Of a stretch of DNA of 64,000 bases, positions 53,441-64,000 are shown piece by piece. The position numbers and the translations under genes were made by a program. Every line of letters starts with the position of its first letter. Position 1 is the stretch's first letter. The DNA comes from Camelus ferus. Lineage: Eukaryota. The notes beneath the pieces were generated by a model that did no database searches, was not told the origin of the DNA, and was given only the letters and a program-made list of their open reading frames with translations. The DNA is taken from positions 106,828,001 to 106,892,000 of the forward strand of contig NC_045697.1 of the NCBI RefSeq assembly GCF_009834535.1. Direction: 5' to 3'.

Positions 53441-54511
53441 TTGCCTATCAATAATTGCAAACAATGTGTCTAAAAAGGTGGCAGTTTCTCTATACCTTTG
53501 ATAGACATCAATGTACACACTCTGCTTGATGTTTTAAAATTAGTTAAGGACTTGATGGCACCACTTGTGCAACTATGATTTATTTTGCAGTCCCCAAAAC
53601 AATTCAGGTGGTTTCATACTTTGTCTCCATGGAAGATCCAAAAATAATTTTCAATGAGAAAAATAAAAAATGAAAATACAATATACAAACATATAATTTA
53701 CAGGTAAAAGAACTGAAGGCAACTAATTTTAACAAAGTTTAAGCATGCTAAGGCAAGAGAGTAACCTTGAAGTCTTGCTTTTTTGCCAGCAAAGATTTGC
53801 TAGAAAACTGCTCAAGAAAGAGAGGAGATACACAGAAGACTGGAATGACACGAGAAAGCCCCTCTCTGAGGCCAAAAGGATTGCGGCTCTGAAAAGTTAA
53901 GTTGTCAATATTCATAGGGTTCTTGTGCTATTTTCCAATGCAAATTAAGCCAATAGTTTTTAAGATAGCTAAATTTAAAATTATCATAGACCTTCAAAAG
54001 TCAACAGTAGTAAAGAAATTCAATTGGGTCTTTAAAAATAATACAATAGAAAGTAATAAAAATGGAAAATGTGGCCTAAACTGCTGACATACTTTTTAAA
54101 ACATTTCTAATACTCATAGGAGCCAACCCACTCATGATAACAACAAACACAGAAATGAAGAGCAGAAATTTTGTGGGCAGCCAAAAAATGATGGTAAACA
54201 AGTATTAAAATATGACAAGATGATTTGTATTTGCAACATCTACGCAAACTCTACTTCAGCTTTGACCAGATCTACTGATATCTGTTTCTGGTTTTAGATA
54301 CATCCAGAAAAAGAATACTTAGTAACTCATTTCAAGTTAGCATTTCTTAAGGATGATTATATGAACATTAGCAAGGAGTACTGCATGCAGAAATCAGACA
54401 GTATTGTTCAAAGTGGTGCTAAAAAAGGACACTGCTCTTTAAAAATTCATTTACTTATGTCACCAAAGGAAAAATTACTTAAAATAATAACTATTTTGGG
54501 GTCAATTTTCT

Positions 54512-54662
54512 TTCTTTCTTTTTTTTCATTTTTTGTTTGTTTTGGAGGGAGGTAATTAGGTTTATTTATTTACTTGTTTATTTAGTGGAGGTACTGGGAA
54601 TTGAACCCAGGACCTTGTGCATGCTAAGCATGCACTCTACCACTGAGCTATACCCTCCCCCC
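54512..54662 (-). mobile_element. tRNA-Ala-derived SINE (camelid Vic-1 type), young copy
   Basis: Reverse complement GGGGAGGGTATAGCTCAGTGGTAGAGTGCATGCTTAGCATGCACAAGGTCCTGGGTTCAATTCCCAGTACCTCC plus AT-rich tail; A box and B box present; perfect 15-bp TSD tggggtcaattttct at 54497-54511 and 54663-54677. Confidence 0.92.
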
Positions 54663-55473
54663 TGGGGTCAATTTTCTATAGATATCTTAAAAAAAACAAC
54701 TTTTCAAGGTCACGAGCACTTACATAATTTATAGACATTTGCCATGTAGGCATCGTATAACTCTTAAATGACTGAAGCATCTCAGGGCAATGAATGCATA
54801 TGAATAAAAGGTATATGAAGGACCAAGAGCATCACTGCTGTATTCTTGGTACTTGTAACACTGAAAAAGCTTATCAAAATGGAGGTAGCAACTGCTAGCT
54901 TCCTGAGGGCAGAGTTTTTAAAAGTGTGCTTAAATCAGAGCAAGATGCTATCAAAAATAATTTCTAAATGCCAAACTGTCAATCCCCAAGTATCCGCCTT
55001 ACAGGCGGTGGAAAGGGGATGTTTGTGTGGCATTACAATGTGGCAGGGATCGTATGTGTAGCTTAAAAAATATTTAATTTATTTTAAGAAGATATCTATT
55101 GCTTACTGTTTCCTCACTACAAACATTAAGGAACAGTAGTGCAGTTTTCCTACCTATTTAAAAGGCTGTGAAACTGATATACACAGAACCTTCTTTTCTG
55201 AAGATCTTTAAACTCAGAACATATACTTAGGAGTGTGATACGCAGACCCTCCTCTCTTTTCCTGCCTCCATCCACCTTTCCCCTTTCTCAGCAAATGGAC
55301 AGAAGGGCAGAGACTGTGGGCTAAGGTTCAGAAAAGGTGACTAACTTCCTCTGGGTTGATGCTTCCTTTAAACATAAAGCCAACATTAAACCTTACAAAC
55401 TAAACAAAACCGAAAAACACATTCAGGGGACTACAACGAGAAAGAAATTTTGTACCTTTAAAATGCAGACTTA

Positions 55474-55662
55474 CACAGAGATCTACATTCAATATATTGT
55501 AGTAACTTATGGTGAAAAAGCATGAAAATGAATCACTGAAGGTTCATGTATGACTGAAGCATTTATGCTGGACACCAGAAATTGACACACTGTAAATTGA
55601 CACAACATTGTAAACTGACCATACTTCAATTAAAAAAAAAAAAATATATATATATATAAAAG
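55474..55662 (+). mobile_element. Young L1 3'-end insertion
   Basis: tatgactgaagcat...caccagaaattgacaca...atacttcaattaaaaaa; TSD taaaat(g/c)cagactta at 55459-55473 and 55663-55677. Confidence 0.9.
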
Positions 55663-58149
55663 TAAAATCCAGACTTAATTGTGGAGGAAGAGTAAAACAA
55701 TATACATCTTGGTTAAACATGGTTACAGAAAAAGAACATACAATTGGTTAGATTTATAAAACACAAACTTCACCTAAACTTTCTCCCCACAAGAAAGCAT
55801 TAAAATAAGGGAAAGTGAGGGTAGAAGGGGGTAAGGGCTTTAAATGACTCATTCAGGTCTATTGCGATACTATGAATTTTTCATGTTTTTGGTTTGCAGA
55901 CACTTGGAACTGTCCTATAGGCTTTGTCAGCCATTAATAAATAAGACCTGCAGAGCACTGTTATTATTCTTAATCCCCAAATTAACAGGTACTATCTTTA
56001 CTTTCTAACCTTTGGGTTATAAGTCTTAGATGATAAATTTCTGAAAGATGTTTACAAATCATTACTTGAAAAATGAAAAGCTAACATTCATAGAATATTC
56101 AGAAGGGAGTGAGTTTGAAAAATAACTCAAAATGCATATTCAAATAATTTCAGGCAAAAGATAAAACAAACAAACAAAGAACACCTAAGTGGCTTTTCTT
56201 TTCCTTATGAAACATTTGCTGGAAATACTTCTTAACTTTTCCCACATTATGTATTGTCTTGAAGAAGTAGACCTGTGTAAATACAAAACTTACAAATCTG
56301 CGTATAAAAGCAAAAAATTCCCACCATTGTAAAACTTACAATATAGAATCTGCATTATAATCATATGTGGGCAAGAAGACTAAGGTACAAAAAACTGAAA
56401 GCCTTATTTTTTGCTGATCCAGCCAAAATACTGTGCCAACTTGTTTATTTTTTAGAAGTTGCTATTGTTTTCTTTTCTGCTTCAAATATTTGCATAAGTC
56501 TGAGGCATCTACCATACTAAAAGCAAAAAGGAAAAAAAAAATCATCAGAAAGATTACAAAGAGAGTAAAAGGAAAATAAAAGCGCAGTCAAGGAAATGGA
56601 TAAAGAGGAAAAAGAGAAAAGGAAGATGGACAGACGTAGGAAGGAGGGAAGAGGGGGCAAATTGGCTTAGTCAAGCTCTCTTGGGACAGTGTGCTGAGTT
56701 ACCAGACCAGAAATGAGGGGTTGAAAGCTACTACTGATAACTGGTGGAGGCTGAAAGTGCACTTAAGTGCTTGGTGTCTGTCGGAAAAAGAGGGAGGAGA
56801 GGTCTGAGACAGAGGATGCCAAGTGCATTCCCAGCCAGCAGAGTAAAAAGGAAGCATTAACAGTAGCCTCAGGGGAAGCTAAGCCGGCTATCCCACGAGC
56901 TGGAGGGCAAATGTGGCAATAGCAGTGAGTAGCAGCTGGATGAAGGAATAAAGGAGCCACAGGAAAACTGGCAGCTTTAGACATACAGGGCTGACTAGGT
57001 CCTGTCTTGATACTGAGAGGAACAAACTGTCTGGAAATAACACTGTCATCTTTCTGCTGCCAGTGGGTTACTAACCAGCAACTGGGAAGCAATAGGCTGA
57101 AATTCAGTTTGCCCAACTGTACTAGATTCTGATTTAACTCTGTAGGACAACCGCTCTGCTGAAAAGGCATGACTAAGATACTCTCAGTGTTTAGCTTTCC
57201 AATAATCAAAATCAGCTTTCTTCATAAATACCTAAATAGTACTTCAAAATATTTTAAATGAAGAAAAAAAATACTTAAAACACCCTTTGCTAACACTGTA
57301 TTTCCTTAATGCTTTCCTAACATTTTTTTCATATAGCATAATTTAACAAACTAAAAAGGACACATCAATATGTGTATTAGTGACTCTATGAGACTCAAGA
57401 GAAATGAAAAGAATAGAAACATGAAAATCTTTAGAGAAACTGCTGAAATAATAGTCTCTCATATTATTTTCATTAATCTTTTGCCATTAAAATGTTCAAA
57501 ATACTGTCAGAAGGCAATCTATATTACCTTTCTACAGTTTCAGAATGTAAGGTAAAATATTACAGAGTTCTTTTGAATAAATACCTGCTCAGTATTTCAG
57601 TATAATATCCAAAGATAAGATCACCAAACACAATATTTTTTCAAATTACTGGGCTTGATATATTTGATAAACTGCAATTTGTAATTGATTCAGTAAAACT
57701 CCCTTGGCCTGAAAGTCAGTCAGTTCTCTCTCTTCTTCTTCAGGATTAAGCCCATTTAAGATTGATGTTATGAAAACAGTTAGATCCTAGTCCTAGAAGA
57801 ATTTCACACATTTAAGGAAATCAAGTTGAAAAGTAAGAAATCTCAATTAAGTTGTAAAAATTCCTATAGAAAAGGAATTTGAGTGGTGGGAGGGGCTGGA
57901 GCAGGAGAAAAGTTCCTCAGGGAAGTAAAATTCAAGATAGTCCTTAAACTACAGACAACATTTGGGTAAAAATTATTTGAAAACAGTGATATGAAAATAA
58001 CACTAATATGAAAAGCGGAAGTAATAATGCAACTATATTTTTGTAGCATTACCATTGGAAAATTAGACTTGACAGCTATTCCAACTAGATTACAGAAAGT
58101 ACTGAAGCTAAAGAAAGTCTAAAGTAGGCTAGGAAGACGGAGGGGGGTG

Positions 58150-58513
58150 CGTATCTTAGTGTGCTCAGGCTGCCACAACAAAATACCCCAGACCTAGAGG
58201 CACAAACAACAGAAATTTACTTTCTCAGAGCTCTGGGGGATGGAAAATCTAAGATAAAGGTTTTGGCAGGGTTCAGCGTCTGGTGAGAACTCTCTTCATT
58301 ATTTTTAGGACTTGCAGACTTCTGCGTCCTCCCATGACAGAGAGTGGTCTCTGGTGTCTCTTCCTCTTGTATGAAGACGTAAGTTCTATTAGATCATGAT
58401 TCCACACTTATGACCCCTTTTAACCCTCAATACTTCCTTAAAGGCCTTATCTCCAACAGAGGTGGGTAGGGTTACAAGGTATGAATTTTGGAAGGACAAT
58501 ACAGTCCACAGCA
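58150..58513 (-). mobile_element. MLT1A-like ERVL-MaLR solo LTR
   Basis: tcaggctgccacaacaaaatacc...aacaacagaaattta...tctggtgagaactctctt...tatgaattttggaaggaca...cagtccacagca. Confidence 0.85.
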
Positions 58514-58664
58514 GGGAGTGTCATTACAAGTTTCCAAACAAGTGGTAAAAGGATTAAGTGAGGTTGGATGCAATCAAATGCTTAAATTAGTTTATGAATA
58601 TCATACAAGAGGAAGTATGAACTCCAAGAAGGTAGGGACTTCATTTTGAACCATTGTATCACAA

Positions 58665-58860
58665 GAGCTGCATTGTCAATATGGTAGCCACCGGCCAAGT
58701 GTAGCTATTTAAATTTAAGTTAGTTAAAATTGAAAATGCAGTTTCTCAGTAATGTTAGTGACATTTCAAGGGCTCAAAAGCTACACATGGCTAGTGGCAG
58801 TCATGATGAATGGTGCAGAGTTCTATCATCATAGAAAATTTCAATGGACAAGACTGTTCT
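58665..58860 (+). mobile_element. MER3-like hAT-Charlie element
   Basis: caatatggtagccac...gctatttaaatttaa...acatttcaagggctcaa...cacatggctagtggc. Confidence 0.75.
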
Positions 58861-60299
58861 AGAGCCTAGAGAGGTATGTGACATTAACTGTTGGATGAAG
58901 AAAGAAATGTAAGGAACTATTAACATGCATGGTTCAAGGTGACTAGTGTTACGTGAAGGAATACGAATGATATCTGCAATTTATACTTTTTATGAAAGAT
59001 ACAAAAGAATCACTTGCAACCTAGTAAGAGTCTCTTACCTCTACAGAGGCAGTAAAGTTTAACGCTATGAACATTTAAATTAAGAAGTATTTCTGTAGGA
59101 GATTAAGATAATCCTGTCCAGAATTTTGTTTTCTTATAATCTGAATCAAAAGAGGAATCAAACTTTAGAGACAAAGCGAGAGTGTGTCTCATACCCTCAC
59201 TCCCATGTACCAGCCATCCTACTGAAGCCACTGTAAGTGGCAGGATCAATACTGCACGGGTTCATCAGCAAGTTCCTACCACAACGACTGTCAGTCTGTT
59301 GTGAGAATACTAGGATATGGATTTCTATTTTTGTGTAGATCATTTTTTTTTTGGCCAATGGATGAGGATGGATGGCATATCTGTAACTAATGTTTATTTA
59401 TTCATATAAGAGCTTCTAACTTTCAAGCACTTGGAAATGCACCAAGTTCAGTGCCATTACAAAGCATTCTGACTGGTAATTCCATCTTATACTTTGATAG
59501 TTTAGTAGATAATTTGATTATCACACAAATTAAATAAAGGAGGGTTCCTTCTGTAAGGGGTTATGACTTTTCTGCAACTCATAAAAAAAGTTAGCCTATT
59601 TTCCTGATAAGAACAATACCAGAGAATATACTTTCTCTAAACTTGCCCAATCCTTCCATTTTCTTCACAAATTTAAACCACAGAACATGCTCTCCCTGGA
59701 CTTACACTTTGGCCATCTTTTCTGAGAACTGAAAAAGGTAAACCAATCTCTTCAATATGCTTCTCGTACTTTAGATCATTTTTGCCACAACACATTCCCC
59801 TCCCTTGTGACTTACGTCTGCCAATCTCTGATGACTGCCGAAGTCCAGAGCAACCTCACTTTGGGAGTGACCTTACCGCTAACTGTGAATACAGTTTTTT
59901 TTCTAGTTACTCTAGAACCCTTGACCTTTCCTCTCTTCCACAAATAGTTCTTGTTCCACAGGCAACAGGATAGAAAACACCCAAATATTCCCTCCTCAAG
60001 GAGCACAATTCACTCTCTTACTTTCTTATTTCTTTCTACCACTGGGTGCCCATTTCTTTTACCTATTAATGCCTTCATTCTTCTGAAGTGAAATCAGGAA
60101 AGGAACACAAAGGATGACAAAGACAGTTTTAATCAACTAATGTGATAGTAACAAGTCTTAAAAAAAACTGTTAGATTAGAATCTCCCAAGTCAAAACCAG
60201 GAATTTTCTTCTAGCATATTCTATAATATCAATGTCCTATTTGCTATTGTAATATTAACTAATTGTTTCCAATTATGCATTTTATCATCCTTACACTTC

Positions 60300-60700
60300 A
60301 CAACAGACCCATCCTCCTTGCAGTTTTAGGAAACCCAGCTTGAAATTACACTTCTCAAACTCCCACGCAGCTAAGAGTGACAGTGTGACTAAGTTAGAAG
60401 TTAGGATGTGAGTGGAAGTGAGGTACCCAACTTCCTAGTCACATCCTTTAAAAAAAAGAAGCTGCTTGCCCTCTACTTACGCTTGTCCCTTCCAAATGAA
60501 TAGAATGTGAATTTGAAAGGTGACTGCGAAAGAAGAACGAGGCTGAGGCAACAGTGGAACAAGTCAGAAGGAACCTAGTGACATAATGGATTAGAGTTTT
60601 TTCTAATTCCTTGGATTGACTACCGGCTCAGACTTTACCCAAGAAGGAAACCTTCCATCCCTATTTAAACAATTACTCTTTGGTCTGTATGAAAGCTATA
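60300..60700 (+). mobile_element. MLT1I/J-like LTR relic
   Basis: gcagctaagagtgacagtgtgactaagtt...ggatgtgagtggaagtg...caacttcctagtcacatccttt...agaaggaacct. Confidence 0.55.
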
Positions 60701-60829
60701 AATCATAAAACCAGCAGCAAAAAATAGTTATATTTAGAAAAACAGGATATAGATACAGTCTAAAAAGGCAATACAATCAGATGGAAGCCATAAAAGATCA
60801 ATTGCACTCAAACATAAAATGTATCTCTT

Positions 60830-60940
60830 AGATGAATATGAAAATGAATATATGCATGTATATGTATGACTGAAACATTATGCTGTACACCAGAAACTGA
60901 CACATTGTAAACTAACTATACTTCAATAAAAAGGAATGGA
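60830..60940 (+). mobile_element. Young L1 3'-end insertion
   Basis: gaatatgaaaatgaatatatg...tatgactgaaacattatgctgtacaccagaaac...tacttcaataaaaa; TSD aaaatgtat(c/t)tctt at 60816-60829 and 60941-60954. Confidence 0.9.
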
Positions 60941-62859
60941 AAAATGTATTTCTTGGAATGACACAGAGAATCCTTCAATACCCAGCTCAAATGTCTCTTA
61001 AATATCTTCAACCCCTGAATGAAGTTAGTTGCTCTGTCAGCTATGCTCCAATTTATCACATTCTCTAATGATTATTTTCATTAATAAATGGTAAATTCCT
61101 GGAGGGTAGGGATTTTATCATGCTCATCTTTTTATCTTCCCCAAATTGAGTGTAGAGTTGGGCACATGATAAGAATCAATAAAAATCTGCTGAATGGAAC
61201 ACTGGACTTTTAGAAGTGATGGAAGAAATGTGCTGAAAATATTTTTTAATGCTTTTCTCTACATGCAAGTCATGCATTATAATAAAATTTCTCCTTCACC
61301 TCTACAACTCCAGACCCTGATTTCATAATTTATATCTTTTATGGCATCATCGATCTCAAGTTGTCTATAACCACTAATTTCTTTGGAAATGAAATGCAGA
61401 TTCTATCAACCAGTGCTAGATTATGAACATTTAATTCATGAATTGCAGACACTTTTACGTAAAGAGTAGGCTGAACACATTTTCACAGGAGTAATAAATA
61501 ACTTCAGATGTCCTTGTAAGAAACTCAGCAATAGGGCTCACCTATTAATTTTCTCTACTGAACGCATTTCCACATCAAAAAAGTGTTACCTATCATTATT
61601 TTATGTTACCACAGTAGAGAAGATTTAATCTTCTTTTATATCACAATTCCCTTGCCTCAGTGGCCATGTGATCATTCAGAAGTACACGTATTTTAAATTT
61701 GTCATAATGCTTTAAACCTACTTCCCTTATTCAATATCTGCTGTTTATTTACTGCCAGGAGAAATTAAGTAACTTAACCATGGTCACAAGTTAGCTAACA
61801 CTAAAGACCTAGGACTACCCTCCTAATATTCTGAGTGTTAGTAAATATATATCATACATGTTCATGTGTGTATCATATTATTTTACAAAACTATTGAAGT
61901 ACTTAATATGGAATCCATTACACACGATTATCATGTTTCTCAAATTTACTTGAATTCAAGTTGTAAGTCTATCAATGAATATTCTGTGAAATCATATAAA
62001 GTCAAAGCCACCATTTAAAAGTAACAAGAGGGAGGGAAAATAAGGTTAATAACAGTAGGTCTAAAACATGACAGAGTAAAGAGAGTCATAAAAGAAATAC
62101 AATTACACCCAGATTTCATAGAAACAAAAAAGACCTGGCAGTGATGGCTATTTTATTATATATCAGAAGGACTAAAGTGAGATTTAAATTTGCTTTTTTG
62201 GGATCTTGGGGGTAGAATGAGGATCAATGGGAAGAAATTACAGGGAAAAGATTTCAGTCAGTAAAAGAGATACTTGAAAACAGAATGTTTGAGACAGAAA
62301 ATTCTGTGATAATATATTACAGTCATAATTTCTATGTAAAGTAGAGGTCTTAATAGTAAGATTGGCGGGGAGTCATTTTATAAGAAGGAATTCCACCTGA
62401 GACCAGAGTGGGTACCTGAATAAACACCATTATACACTCAGAGTGATGATTTAAATGCAGGCTAATAACATGACAGCATGGTCCATTTGAAAGACAAATT
62501 TATCAGGAGCATAGCATACATAAATGTAAAAGAGGTTGGAGAACCAGAAGGAAGCTATCAGATAGTCCAAATAAGAGATAAGAAAGGGCAGTGTGCTGAA
62601 AATAAGCCAGAAGAGTCAGGAAAAGATGTTCTACCTTAATCAATTATATGTTAGTATATCTACTGCTGTACTTTTAAGATAAAATAGGATTTTAAAAATA
62701 ACTTAATAAAACTATCTTTTATCATATTATTTTTTGTAATTTCTTACCTTAAAGTATTTTGAAATATATATTAAAAATACAATTTCCACTATAATGTGTT
62801 TAAAACAATTGAATTTCTTTCTCAAAAAGCCTATTTCGTCCTCTTCCTGTAATACTTAT

Positions 62860-63300
62860 TTCAGTTATTAGGAAGATAATTCGCCCTGTAACCTTAGTTA
62901 AAAATCTCAAGGTCATGTTCAACTTCTTCCTCTTATGTCGGTCATTACACAGATATTGAGAATGTCTTCTCTTGTCCCTCTGCCACTGTTTTAACTAAGG
63001 TCATCATCATCTCTTGTTTTGTTCCCTTTAATTAAGCCTCCTAACCAACTTTCCTGTACCCACTCTTTCCCAAGTCTAGTCCAAATTCCACACTGCCATC
63101 TTTCTGATGAATAAATTAAATATAATATTATGTCCCATCTCTTTCTAGTGGTTCCTCACTGTCTATAATACCAACTCTTTAGCAAGATATAAAGAACTCC
63201 TCATGAACGTGGTCTCAGCCTATTTCTCAAGCCTCAACCTTGGCTATTCTTTCCCAAGAATCCTATGCTACAGCCATATAGAAAACCTCATTATTCCTAA
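62860..63300 (+). mobile_element. L2 relic (degenerate)
   Basis: tgccactgttttaactaaggtcatcatcatctcttg...agcctcctaac...ccacactgcca. Confidence 0.5.
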
Positions 63301-63711
63301 TCATTTCATACATCTTCTAGACTATAAGCTTAGTCATTTCACATGATGCTCATCAAATGTTAGTGCCTAAGCAAGGGACATTTTAAATCAATCTATATTT
63401 AGTAAATAAATCAATAAACTTTGTATTCTATTAGTAGTTGATTCTTTTGAGTGATTGAAAAAAATTTCCCTCAACATCTTTTCCTGTAGACTACAAAACT
63501 TTTTCTAATGTACAATATATCATGTTATAATACTCCAAGCATAATGTATTTATATTTGTTATTAAAATAAGAGCTAAAAATAGAAATTCGAGAAGGAAAG
63601 AGAAAAACAAAAACACCCAAACATCAACTATTAAGAAGTTCACGTATTCCTTGATAATTTTAATATCATGTGTATATTATGTGTATATACTTAGATATAC
63701 ACATAAACAAT

Positions 63712-64000
63712 TTTATTTTTAATTTTTCTAGCTTTATTGAAGTACAACTGACAAATAAAACTATATATATATTTAAGGTGTACACTGTGAAATCATGTAT
63801 GTATTCTCTGTGAAATGATTACCACAATGAGGTTAACACATCTATCACCTCACACAGTTTTACTATTTTTTTGAGCATATATATTAAAAATGCTTAAGGT
63901 CTATTCTTCTAGCAAATTTCAAATACACAATACCGTATTATTAACTATAGTTTTAACTAACTATAGGTTTTCATTTGTATGCTGGACATTAGATTCCCAG
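63712..64000 (-). mobile_element. L1MA-like 3' end (runs off the window)
   Basis: gctttattgaagtacaactgacaaataaaa...tttaaggtgtaca...ttagcaaatttcaaatacacaatac...ttaactatagt. Confidence 0.85.

Noticed and set aside
54590..54662. tRNA-Ala(AGC) gene
   Set aside because: It has an AT-rich tail, a TSD and a homologous copy at about 15100, so it is a SINE head and not a functional tRNA.
56763..57209. 148-aa minus-strand ORF as an extra LRBA exon
   Set aside because: No similarity to BEACH/PH/WD40 sequence that I can recognise; non-ATG start; no clear splice boundaries.
59030..59065. Recursive splice site (minus strand ctttactgcctctgtagag|gtaaga)
   Set aside because: The first AG after the pyrimidine tract is 2 nt upstream of the donor, and GAG is a poor acceptor, so it does not fit YAG|GT.

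Overview
AT-rich mammalian genomic DNA, most likely camelid (alpaca/llama/camel), judged from two tRNA-Ala-derived Vic-1-type SINEs. The window appears to lie wholly inside a large minus-strand gene. Its only supportable coding sequence is one 168-nt, phase 0/0 internal exon (21454-21621, minus strand, canonical cag/GTAAGT) encoding the C-terminal part of a BEACH domain, most consistent with LRBA rather than its paralogue NBEA. The rest is two long introns (at least 42 kb upstream, at least 21 kb downstream) filled with L1, L2, MIR, MLT1 LTR and MER DNA-transposon relics, plus microsatellites. Several repeat-free blocks rich in homeodomain motifs are candidate long-range enhancers; LRBA is known to host the nested developmental gene MAB21L2, which is not in this window. 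I found no evidence of a new protein-coding system. The best leads are regulatory or RNA-level hypotheses. Repeat family names come from recalled consensus sequences, and repeat boundaries are approximate unless a TSD is given.
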